Assembly (NCBI GenBank): GCA_002633005.1
Contig: NMRA01000217.1
Coordinates: 490,417 to 554,416, forward strand
Source: Phoronis australis
Taxonomy: Eukaryota > Animalia > Phoronida
Length of the DNA stretch: 64,000 bases
Reading direction: 5' to 3'
Below the pieces are notes generated by a model. The model saw only the letters and a program-made list of their open reading frames with translations. It was not told the origin of the DNA and searched no databases. Shown here one piece after another: positions 50,615-62,563 of the stretch. Positions within the stretch are counted from its first letter, which is position 1; each line of letters starts with the position of its first letter. The translations under genes were made by a program, and so were the position numbers.

Positions 50615-51613
50615 TCACATTGGCAGTACTTGGTCACTTTTTAAGCATTTAAACTTCTTCAACATTCGTTTGAAACCATATTTGACGCGAGAGTCTCGGA
50701 AGCCATAGATACAGGGGTCCAGAATGCTGTTGACAACGTTGAGACACGCAAACATGTTATACATGTCGTACACGCCCAAGGTGGAACGCTGACGATCGAG
50801 AATATTTTCATCTTCCTTGATTCCTTTGATAATAAGGAAGATTGCGGTGGGAATACAGCACACGATGAACGTCCCCATGATGAGGGCTGCGGTGACGATG
50901 CCCTTAGTCGTGCTGGCGGGAGCGACACCTGGCTGCTGAGTTAGATTTCTCAGTGTGATGCCAACTTTTACGTACAATACAAACATAGCGATGATCGGGA
51001 CACCAACGATAGAGACGAGCGTGATATTGGTGACGCGCACGCTCTTGTTGACGTCACTCAGAATGTAAAACAGAGAGCCACATGCGCCCCCAATGAGAGC
51101 CGATACAATCCAAAGACCAATGATTACACCAGTGATGCGCCTTTCATTTATAATCTTATGGTAGTGTAAGGGGTAAATAATGCATATGTAGCGCTCTAAA
51201 GTGATTGCGACCACGTTCAAAAACACCGAGACGAGCGATGTGACCAGAAAAAATGGCGCAATAGGATCAACAGCAAGAAGAAGTTGTTGTAAAACGTACG
51301 CGATGCAGGTGAGCATGTCGGCGCACGACAAACTCAAAAGCAATCTTACCGGGGCTTCCATTGGGCGCGCGTGCATTATGGCACTTATGCAGAGAGAATT
51401 CATTATGAAACCAGCTCCCGACAAGGCGTAAACAAATGCCCCTCCAATTTCTGAAGGTGGATTATGACCTGCAACTCTGGGAGGTCCAATTTGTGGGTAA
51501 TCATCACCAAGATTAGGGACCGGTCCTGAGCCGCCTTCTACTTGTAACGGCCCGTATTCGTTCGGTGGAATTGTCATGTTCGCACAGTTGAACCATGATG
51601 GGCAGACCACCAT
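50615..51613 (-). CDS. Intronless class A GPCR, paralogue of 23191-24132
   Basis: GFIMN, LSLSCAD, TLERY..IIYPLHY, CCIP, NSILDPCIY; long near-identical blocks with the first GPCR (FFLVTSLVSVF, KG.VTAALI.GT); acceptor-like aattccag at 51658 then ATG 51613 (alternative 51577). Confidence 0.93.
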   Translation of the reverse strand: MVVCPSWFNCANMTIPPNEYGPLQVEGGSGPVPNLGDDYPQIGPPRVAGHNPPSEIGGAFVYALSGAGFIMNSLCISAIMHARPMEAPVRLLLSLSCADMLTCIAYVLQQLLLAVDPIAPFFLVTSLVSVFLNVVAITLERYICIIYPLHYHKIINERRITGVIIGLWIVSALIGGACGSLFYILSDVNKSVRVTNITLVSIVGVPIIAMFVLYVKVGITLRNLTQQPGVAPASTTKGIVTAALIMGTFIVCCIPTAIFLIIKGIKEDENILDRQRSTLGVYDMYNMFACLNVVNSILDPCIYGFRDSRVKYGFKRMLKKFKCLKSDQVLPM

Positions 51614-54600
51614 AATGTTCCAAAGAACCACTTGCTGGACGTCTAGATGTCGACTTTCTGGAATTAGTTGTTGTTTACATAAAACCAATATTAAAGCAAA
51701 CAGTGACAGTTTCTAAAACCAGGCTACGAATTTTAATGTTGAAGGAGTTCAAAACAGAATAACAACAGTTTTCTAGAAAATTGGCTGCAACAACTAACTC
51801 CGAAGTTTTGCTGATTTTCCAATAAGAACGATTTGCTATTTTTATAATTACAGTGTCCACCTCCATGTCTGACATTTGGACATACTATAAATGTGACTAT
51901 ATCAGAATTAACGGGCATTTTCAATTCCGTTTTTGAAAGTGCTCAAGTGATTCGCATATACACACGTACACGCACGTTCAGGGTGCTGCCCTAAATCGGT
52001 TGTACATTTATTTTAGGTGTCGCTTGTCCAGTCTTCGTTTTTGCATCTAAACACGTAACGTAAGTTGAATTTCGCGTCAACTTTTACGCGTTTTAGCGGA
52101 AAAGAAGACAAGTTTGACTCTCATGATATCTTCCGTTATGGTACTGAGAGGTTTTAAACATACCGGTAAAAGATTAACTTGATTTTCAATTTGCGTTTTG
52201 GATGCAAGAAGGAAACGACGCGTCCCATTAAGGTACGACTGGGAATCTGTCCTATTATCTAAACAAATTATTTTTACGTAGCACATGAACAGTAGTATCA
52301 TGGACCTTTTTAGCAATCGTTCGCCAACTCAAAATCTAGTTTTCATATATACATGTACGTGTAGCAAGCAGTGCATATACATATGTTTATGACAGTCTAG
52401 AACCAGAAAGTGCACTGTATCACGAAGAATAATAGAGAATCTAATTACAGGTTAACAGTATCTTTCTTCACAAATTTCCTTTTCACTAACAGTGTTCTTT
52501 CCTTGCAAACGCAACCGTTGTCTCCTAAGCTCATGTTCTCCGAACATCGCGAGTGCTTTCTTTCAAACACCTTAATTTTTATAAACAACCACAGTGTTTA
52601 TCATTCAGACGTAAGTTTGGGGTACCAAAAATAGCAGTGGCCCAGAACTTGGCACGAGGAGTTGTTGGCAAGAAAATGACCGCGTTTCGTTGGAAAAAAC
52701 GCAATGCTTGAAAATGCAACTGGGGGCAAATCTAGTGAGGAAATAATTGTGTTCATTAGAAACAAAAGTTGGTCTTGTAAAGGGATCGATGGAGGCGCAA
52801 ACTTCGTAAACTGTCCCAAAGACAATCGGATTCCCCTAAGAATTTTCTACTGGATTTGTAAGACCTGGGGATTTGTGAGAACCCATTGCTCGTACGAGGC
52901 TTTGTAAACATACATGTATCTTTGTAAAACCGGCGAGACACTTCGTGAGCGGATGTAATTTATTTGTTAATAACTGTTTTAATAAGCTAAAGCTAAGGAG
53001 CGAAATATTCGAAGCTAAAAAGGTGGCATTTTTGATATAATGTTTATTTTTGTTCTGTTCCTCTTGCTCACATGCTATTTTTTATACGTCGCGTATTTTC
53101 TTTTAACTGTTGTACATGGAATTCAAATTTCTTGTCGGTCCAATAGCATGTTCACCAATGTTAATTTGTTGGTCACGGCCACACCAACTCGAAACAAAGT
53201 TTTACTTACTTACTTTTACAAGCTGGAAAGCATCAACATTGCTTTAAATCATAGGTACAACATGTTGAAGTAAGAAACGTCTAATAACAGATTGAAGAAG
53301 AAAACGAACAAGGAGGATTCATTTGAGATTAGGTGTCATAAAATTATCGAAACTGATTCGTGTAGAACCACATCATTGCCAAATCCTCACCAATGTCGTT
53401 GATTCGTGAGTTTCCATGATTTTTGAGCGAAGTTATCTGGATAAGTAATGAAATTCAAGGGATAAGTTTTGAATTATCACGCGGTTAGTTTCAAATCAAT
53501 TTAAAAAAATCTGAAACACGTACCTGATTCGTTGATACTAATCTCGAAGATTGGTAACGACCCAGTAAACACTACTTATATACTCTGAATGTATGTTAAC
53601 GATCGGCAGTCGAGTGTCACCTGACAAGTGATTGATCACAGAACAGGTAAACCACCGCCATCAAAAGATGAAAGTAGAAAATGATTGAGGGATATCAGTT
53701 GAAAATCAAGCATTTGCGTAAGTCCCCGATGTTGCTGAAGTCGTAAACCTAGGCTCAAGTAGGATACTGTCTCTCGTCGGGTTAGTAAAAGGGCCTGTTT
53801 CAGTTGTAATGGATTGAAATCCAAGGCCGGTGCCTTGCGTATGTTTATAAAGTAGATCAATAACATTTCGTGATTGTTGCAGTCAACAGAGTTCAGACGG
53901 AGTGCAACAGTGGCGGCGTTGATGCATGCACAAAGTAACGTAATTTCCGGTGAATTTGAATGTAAACATATTGTGCACATAGTGAGATTGGCAGAATAGT
54001 AAATCTCATTCCCCGCATACTATAGCGCAGTTCCTAGTAGGGACTAACCAAGTCCAATCTTTCTTGACGCGTGATTTGTAGTAAAAACCAATGCCGACCC
54101 ACCCATTAAGAGAACGTGGTAGTCACTTCATCAATACAATATTTGGTTGAAGGCGCTCTGTGTCCGCTGGGTCTGCAACGTAGCACCTTCATAAAGTCAC
54201 ACTCCGTATTATTACATGATGTGGACAGAATATGGAGTTATAAACAAAATCGCAACAAAGACCGTTGCTATGGTATCGCCGTTTCAAATTTTCTTTCACT
54301 TTTCTTCTTGAAGTTACAATTAGTTATCGAGATTCGATCTGTCTCCCTAATTTCGCAAGTTTCCACTTTACCGGCTTTGAGCAACCACTACCTCGCAGAA
54401 ATCGGAAGTCTTTTGAGCCTTTTCTTTTCACCCACATTCTCACGTCATACACTCTATACATTGTACATGTATTAACCGTCAAATATCAACCACCCGGTAA
54501 ATGCATCATCGCGATATTGTACACAGATGGTTTTTACAGGCTGAGATCTCCGGTGACTTTCAATACGCGTCATTTTCACCGACTTCAGAGCGTGCACTTT

Positions 54601-55351
54601 GGGCGTGCAACGCAGCTTAAGATCCCTTAAAACGACCATTGTATGATCTCAAAGCCGCATGACATCTTTGACAAAATTTAATTGATTATCCCCTTGCCAA
54701 TTCCGAACATCTCATGAAAGTTTTTAAAAAGTCTCTCCCCAACGTTTTGAGTAAACAAATTGTAGCCGACTGACGAGTGATCGACATAAATCGAAACCTC
54801 AAACATGGCGCCTCATTATGAGATGTAATCATATGATTGAAAAATTTCTGATATTCACACTGGATCAACATGTTGGTAAACCCAAAAGTGTTATATTGAT
54901 CCCGTCTCCGTTATAATCACACTTTTTGGGCCTGAAAATCAGCACACTGAAGTCGGTGAAAGTCTGTACTACTGTACTGATATAGGATTTGAACAAATTA
55001 TAAAGTTCTAAATTCATGTTTCGAAATCAACTATTCTTCATTATGTTAACCGATCATACTAACCACTGCTATGGTGGTGCGATTGGAATTCATTTTAAGA
55101 ACACTTTTGTAAAGTAATGCAGAACTTGAATCGATCTCGGGATCTTCTTGCGCGCAAGCTACATCTTAACAACTGCGCCACCTGTACGTAACCGAATTTT
55201 AACGTATTTTTATTTCATCCAAACTTTGACGTCACTTTTGTCTTTAAATACCTTAAATATAAACTACCAGGTGGATGCTAGCCTGCACCATGTATCGCAT
55301 TTAAGACCATCACACATATTGTACAAAAGGTGTCAGTGCTTCTCTAAGGCT

Positions 55352-56353
55352 AATGAAGCGCCAAAGGGTCCTTAAACGAGTACTTTTCTGCGCGTTGAAA
55401 TGTTCACCAATCAACGCGTAGTTTTACTTAATCAAAGCGTAAATTTGCTTTAATCAACGCACTGAATTAGTTCCTATTTAACGATAATCGTTCTTCTCTT
55501 ATTCTTTGCACACTTTTGCTTAATAAACGTGTAGTTTTGCTTAGTCAACGCGTAGTTTTGCTTAATCAACGCGTACTTTTGCTTAACTAACGCGCTGAAT
55601 TAATTCCTAAATGACCATCGTTCTGATCATATTTTATGTGCACTTTTGCGTAATTAACTCGTAGTTTTATTTAATCAGCGCGCTGAACTAGTTATTCGTT
55701 ACGTCCAGTCAAAAACAAGTTTACATTCAGTACGTAATGGCGCTGTCTGCAACATTCTTCAAAAATTGTCTTGCACCCATATACGTGTAGAAAGTCTTCC
55801 GTCAGTTTGAGATTTGAGAGCACGGGCATGATTGGGCTATACATGTATGAACTGACTAAAAGTACACGTTGAATAAGCAATTCGAATGTATTGTGATGAC
55901 GTGTCAAGGAAGTAGATAACGCAATTTGGGCCGGGAAATAAGAAGAGGCATGCCGCCATACTGGGTCCAAAACGTCAGAATGACGCCTTATACGAATGTA
56001 AAGCATGGGCTTTAAGTAAAACTACGCGATGACTAAGAAAAAGTGCGCGTTGAATAAGAACTGCCTCCCGTTCAGTAACGCTAGGACCTCGTTAAAAAGC
56101 AAGACTTCGTGAGATTACGTGAGATATTGCAGTGCATTTTAAATGAGAACACGTGACTTTGACTAGGTTTTAGCTAGGTCCTAGCGTAGGTCCCAGCGTC
56201 TACTGAACGCACGCCAGCACAATGATTGTCTAAGAACTAATTCAGCGCGTTGATTACTCAACACTACGCGTTGATTAAACAATACTACGCATTGATTAAG
56301 CACATTTCAACGCGCAGAAAGGTAATAGTTTAAGAACCCTTTAGCGCTTCATA
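55352..56353. mobile_element. ~1 kb foldback element with long TIRs built from ~21-bp tandem subrepeats
   Basis: atgaagcgccaaagggtccttaaac...gcgcgttgaaatg mirrored by catttcaacgcgc...gtttaagaaccctttagcgcttcat; unit ~taatcaacgcgtagttttgct. Confidence 0.8.
56064..56214 (-). mobile_element. CWG-flanked MITE, reverse copy of 1556-1716, nested in the foldback arm
   Basis: ctg|cctcccgttcagtaacgcta ... tactgaacgcacgc|cag. Confidence 0.8.
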
Positions 56354-57949
56354 AAAATGTTTACAGCCTTCCTTTGACAGTTGCGGAGTGTTTTGCGCTA
56401 GCGCGTTGAGCCTGTTGACATCCAACCTGCAATCCCATTGATATAAGCAAATAAAAATTGTCGATTAGTTCAGGGGCAGTTTTAAGAAACATTTCGGTCT
56501 TAAATTAGACAGAAATCGGACTAACTTAAGACCAAACTGTAGCCACGTTTCATAATTTTCTCCAAGACGGCAAAATCAAGACCCGATCGGATTTTGGTCT
56601 AAACGACCAAACATGACGACTGTCATCGCTGCTAACTTTTGAGGAAGAAATTTCCTTGATGTTTTGCGCATTTCTTTACAACTTAGTGATACCAGACACT
56701 ATCAGATTGGAGATCGTCTGCTTTTCTTTCGAGAACCGAGAAAACACTAGATACAAAGCAATGCGAATTACATGTGTAGTATCTGCACACCTGAAGTGAT
56801 GTTCTCCATTGATACACAAAACTGAATTTTGCACATTGCCTCACATAGATTGGTGAATTGGCAACAAGTGTGCAACACCGATTAATTTCTGTCTAAGTTA
56901 CCGAAAACTGACTGTGTTCATGAAACGGTCATATCTGAATTTTCGTCTTCGGTCTAAACTTTGCTTATCCTGAACTTTGGTCTTAACTTAGAATTAAGAT
57001 AAGATCTTAAATTTTCACTTATCCTTAACCCAAGGGAAAACTAAACCTTCTTCTTCTTAAGTCGTTGCTATATAAGCATTTCCGGTATTCTTACTGTAGA
57101 GCTTTTGTATGTGCGCCCAACTCCACCGACAACAGTCAACTAAAACGCGAATGGTGACTTGAAAGAAGCCGGCGCTAAAGGAAACTGACATAGGAAAATA
57201 TTATGTCTAATAGTGAGACCCGGGAAGTAGCTCTATATTTGTTAGACGGTAACCCTTCGGAAAATACATTACAATATAGGTCGTGATGAGGGTTTGCTTA
57301 GTTGCAAATATTTTCCTACGGCACAACATCATCGTGATGTCTGGCCCTTTGGTTTTGAATGACAACGCGTGAATTTATAATTGTGGCTTCAAAAGTAGGC
57401 CCATTTGCTTGAATTTTATTTTCTTCCGAAGGTAGGTCCATGGGCGTAAATTTGGGAGATAGGACTTTTTGCTGAAGATATTGATTGGCCGTACTGTACA
57501 CTCAGCATGTTTACACCCATGAGCCTCATGTTAATATAGGCAACAAAATTTATTCGCTGTTTGAACGAGTTTTGCTCAAAGATTTCAGACGTCTAGTAGA
57601 CAAGCGTAGATATATGGTTGTAAAAAATCTTCCCCTTATGTCCATAGTAGCCATATTGAAGTGAGGTTTTGAGATGATCCACCAGCTTTGCGCTTGTCGG
57701 TATATCTGCAGAAGACAACTTATGAATAATATATCGTGGAAAAAGCGGCCAAACTCATCCAGTGTGACTTGTGAATTCCCTAAACCTCCAACAACATGTC
57801 CAATAGGTCCATGAGAAATCTAATGTCTCTTGTAACCCGCTGTTGGAAATGTCGACCACCATTGTCCATCATTCACTAAAAGGTGACTCATTATGAATCG
57901 ACGGTGAATGTTTAGATCGCTACGCTGAAGCACCTGTACTCTGCACTAT

Positions 57950-60900
57950 ACAACTACATGTACATGTATCACAGCTACCTGTATACAGTAGTTCACGGCG
58001 TCTAAGTCACGAAAGATTTGGCGTTTCACGCTAACCTGCTTCACGAGATCGATTATGTTTTTCGTGTTAGACTTAATTACGTAAGACTTTTTATGTTTCG
58101 CTGAAAATGTCTTTGTTTAGGAACTCAATCTCCGGTTGGCCGATCTGCATAGGCACACACATGTCGAGAGCTCTTCGCATTCTGGTAACCAGTAGAAAAC
58201 CTCAACACCATGAAAAGTTGTCACTAACTCCGTTTTACGTCTTTCTACCAACGTGCTGGCTTGGATATATATTTTCTTTCTAACTTTATGAATGAGTTTT
58301 TAAATGTCTGCTGAAAACTTCAGGTGACTATCGATTTCATTCAGACCACATGTTTTCTTCTTCTGGTAGGACTTCCCAACTGTCATCATCAACGTCGCCG
58401 TAAGGTTATGTCTCTTCTAGCCATGGTACATTTTTTACGTTAAGCAGCGGCGAGTACACCAGCAACTCATCTGGCACTGGAACATTTTTCTCTTCCGCAT
58501 AGCAAAAATTTAGAACGCAGTCTACGCAATTTACAGCTTGATGAATCGATTCCTCAACTTAGCTCAAAGAATCAGCCAAGTAAGTAGCTGTTACCTTCGA
58601 AGAAAAAAATAACCCAGATCCAGTTTTTCAAGGGTTTCAAGCTAACTGAATTGTATTTTTAGAGTGATTTACATGCACATACAATGCATCTCGATCAAAA
58701 TGAATTGTGAAATCTGTACCATCACTCATCAAGTCGCATGTTCTTTTAACAACACCAGTAACTGTAAAACATTATTCTCTATGTGTGAGCGCCTCAAGTA
58801 CCTCTGATGCTTTATCAAATAAATTGCTTTTAATGTCGCATCCACCATTTACATTGACGTTTACCAGAAACATTCTCTCGACATTTATTCATGTACACTC
58901 GAGTTTGTAACTACACCCACGATTTGTATAAACTGGACAACTAACTCTGTGGAAATCACTTCCTGTTGAGGGTCTGATGTGCAAAGCATTTCATTTTCCA
59001 AATATTTTGCTGCATCCAATAGCTCTTCTGCTTCACCAGGTTCAAGAATTCTATACGTGTCTCTTACACTTTCGCTGGTTACCCGAACTCTTTTACTGAA
59101 ACCGCAGTACAGGGGCGGATCCAGGATTTTGAGTTAGGGTCGGGAGAGGGAGCAGGAAGAGTATTGGCCATAATTTTGCCCGTCAAACATTCGCATCCTC
59201 GTACTGCCAATTGGAATCTGGGAGAATTTCGGGGGGGGGGCATAGCCCCCTTGGCCCTCCCTTAAATCCGCCACTGAAGTACATGTATTCATGTATGCTG
59301 CTTATTCCACATGGGTTATTCCAAGCTAGGTGCACCACCTGGTGTTACATAACTTCTTCTCGACAAGTGTTTCTTAGATTACGGTTTGGTTTCGTGGGTG
59401 TTAGTTCAATATCTTCATTTAGAACCAAGCTAGCCATCAACAGCTGTCTCACGGCGAGAAAAACCAATCCAAATACACAGGCTCTAATTGAAAATACGCG
59501 GCAATATCTCAAGTAACCTCGTGAAGTCTTGCTTTTCCAGCGAGGTCATTACGAGGTCGTAGCGTTGTTGATGTTTTGCACCCCTTATTCTGCCACCAGT
59601 TTTATGTTTTGTGGGTGTACCGGTTGAAGTAATAGTCGTTGCTCGTGTAGTATAAGGCAGCCTTTACAATTTAATCTGCTTGTTTTAGTCGTTTGGCATC
59701 CTGGTCTTTAATCATTCTATCTGAACGCTTCAGCGTGACCTGTCTTGCTTCTGTTCATTCTTCAAAATGGCACCTGAGCGCCATATTTCATTGTTTAAGC
59801 ATTCAATGATGGAAACAATTCCGTAAAGTATTTCCGGCCACATTGAAGTTTGCCCCTTAGCGGCCAGGTGCCGGCGACTTCGTAAAAGCACCTGAAAATA
59901 AACAAGGAACACAAATTTGATAACGGATAGACAAAAATGCGATCTCTGGCAAGAATATGATAGGCCAAAAAAGTGGGGCTAGAAATTTAATCAAAAATAG
60001 TCATCTAAGCAGTAAATCTGTAATATCTCGAGAACGGTAAGTCGTAGCGAGATATCCGATAGCGCTTGAGATGATCTATCTACAAACCAGATTTCACACA
60101 GTTCCGTCAAGGGTGGCCGAAGACATGGCTCACGAACTTAATTAATTGGAGGACAGTCATGTAAAATTCTCGGATTCTGACTCGAGAACTGTAACACCTG
60201 TTTAAAAACAAGTGGCGCGTTGCTGAAAGCTTTATGAAATGATCTACTGACTTAAAAAATTAGAAAAATCCCTTTTGAGACAACGGAGCAACTGTATGTG
60301 TTTGCGAACAAAAATAGTGAAATATAGCCTCCCTAATTATCTTGTTTACCGTTTCAACCAAAAACAATAGGATTCGAGCCATCCACTAGACACGTGTGTA
60401 AATTTCACTTTGATTGGCAGCATGCAAACAAAGAAAAAAAATATGAAAAAAAAACAGAAACGTGAACAAATTTCCTTTTAGCAAGAAATAACAAGAAAAA
60501 GGAGACATAGAACAAAAAGTTAAGATCTCGAAGGAGCACGTTTTTCTAGATTTTGCAGTCCTTCATTGGCTGCTTAAGATACATATTTCTTATTTTTGGT
60601 GTCACGAGAATTCGATCAACTGATGCCCATAATGTAACGAAAGTAATGTCTTCAGTCACTGTCGTGCTGGAATGCCTGTGTATACCATAGGAGGATTTAC
60701 GCAGGGCTGGATTATCCACATCTGACAAGACCAGAAAAACGTCCAACATGTCACGTTTATTCTTTTATTCGTACCCGACCATTAGTCCTTGGGAAATAGC
60801 GTTTCGGCATCTTTGCCACATCCTGGATCCGGCAATGTATAAGTACCTACAGACGTGGAACACATCAGTTTCACTGAGTAGATAAGTTTTACTCTTCGTG

Positions 60901-60950
60901 TGTTATGCCGCTTGTATAGCCAAGTAAGTCATGGGTGAGAACAGTGATTT
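57950..60950 (-). pseudogene. Decayed Academ-type DDE transposase
   Basis: Ordered minus-strand fragments VFLVLSDVDN...ITFVTLWASVDRI (60.7 kb), GAILKNEQKQD (59.75 kb), KRVRVTSESVRDTY...LLDAAKYL (59.05 kb), EIEFLNK (58.12 kb) resemble Academ transposase blocks; many stops and frameshifts. Confidence 0.5.
59110..59276 (+). mobile_element. hAT-like MITE (5-bp TSD family)
   Basis: caggggcggatccagg ... aaatccgccactg; flanks cagta/aagta. Confidence 0.9.
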
Positions 60951-61499
60951 TCTCATACCAGCCACTGCAGGGAAGTGTATGAGCACATCACCGTACCATT
61001 TTTAACTGACCAGAACCAAGTATGCTATTTTTAGAGGGAAATCGTTGGAGAGAGGAAAAAGGTCGACGTGCGTTTGGTACATGTCTATAGTTATGGACAA
61101 CCTTTCACAAAAATGATCTACAGGCGTAACTTTGACGCAAGACAATTTATCGTCCGCTAAGGCTCATCGTTAACACATGATCTTTGAAAAAGCAAGGTCA
61201 AATCATGTAACAGCATTTGGCGCAAAATGCCAGCAAATCTCAGGAGACCTCATGCCTAGTTTATAAAAACAGGATTATTCACTTTAATATTAAGACACTT
61301 AGCTAACACGAACATTCCTGTTGTCAATTAACGGATGCTTTGCTGTAACAACAAGGAAACATTTTTCTGTTCTCAATGGAATATAAGTGCATGATACCAT
61401 TTTTTTGCACTGACAAGTTCAAAACCAACGTAAAACAAAAAAATGTGTTGTCCTTGAGACAGGGTTGAGCTAAGGACTATAGCATTTTTGAGACGAAAA

Positions 61500-62563
61500 A
61501 TTAGAGATTCAGGCAATGTGTTTACTTGGAAAATACTGCATTATCTCCCTCGAGGATTGGTCGCTTCTGTTTTGCAGCACGTACAGTGTACTTCAAATGC
61601 TCGAAACGACAACTGAAAACAATTTAGTCACTCCAGTAGTGGCCCCAGACAACCGTTCCAAGCTATTGAAGACGTAGCTACAACCATTATCTTCAACTTT
61701 CTGTACCCTTGGCCTATTTTATCAGTGATGGCGACAATACCATCCAACAGCAATCACCAGCAGCTCCTTGGTTCGCCGTTCTATATCGATGAATGCCGCT
61801 CACTCAGCTGTCCCGGCCACTAAAAACAAAAAAACGTGAATCGCCCACGATCGTGTAGTAAAAGTTTGGAGCATCGTGACCACAACTGCAACTGTCAACG
61901 CGCGTTCATGTACATGTAACTCCTTCAACACACAAAGAGTAGTAATCACGTTTGGCTCACTCTTCGAGGGCGTTAGATGCCGTTACCGGTCCGCAACAAA
62001 TGCTGTCCACCCGCAAATTTGCATTTACAGTGTACACGTACGAAAGACAGCTGGGAGCAATCAACACGAAATAGCTGATGGGTTTCAAGTGTACATGTAA
62101 ACAGTACGACTTACACGGCAGCACGTGACACCGCGGCATCCATGTTTGACACTGGTCTAATAGGTAAAGCGAGTTGCTCTCGATCAGTTGCTCCAATTAC
62201 ACAAGTGGTGCACGGCGAAAAAATCATCTTTCACTACGCTTACGCAATTGCGTATATGCGGGTGATCCTCTAGCATTCCAAATGGTTTGGACGTTAGGCC
62301 TACCCTCTGACACAGCGCCACCTTTTCTGAAAAGTGGCCCTGTGGAAATATGATGAACGACACACGGAATATTCCGTGTGTGGACAACAATGCGCTTGCT
62401 TGGTCGGAAGTTTATGGATTACATCGCCACCACTTACAATCGCCTTCAATGTACTGTACTTGTTTGGGGTTAGCCACGGGATCGGGGTTCCTGTGATTTT
62501 GTTTACTCCGATCACTATCCGTCTTAATAAATTGCAATTATTCAAGTCAAAGGTGGTCGCCAT
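61500..62563 (-). pseudogene. Decayed RecQ-like SF2 helicase (AcademH-type cargo)
   Basis: Overlapping ORFs give LKAIVSGGDVIHKLPT (pre-motif I), VSFIIFP...EKV...RVGL (motif Ia), EQLI (Ib), and KLKIMVVATSS (motif V, ~61680); Walker A and DExH lost. Confidence 0.55.

Noticed and set aside
55411-55690. CRISPR-like array
   Set aside because: Repeats are contiguous without unique spacers, context is eukaryotic, no cas genes; part of a foldback TIR.
60779-60885. Plus-strand AFRHLCHILDPAMYK resembling a hAT transposase block
   Set aside because: Isolated; the minus strand fits the ordered Academ fragments better.
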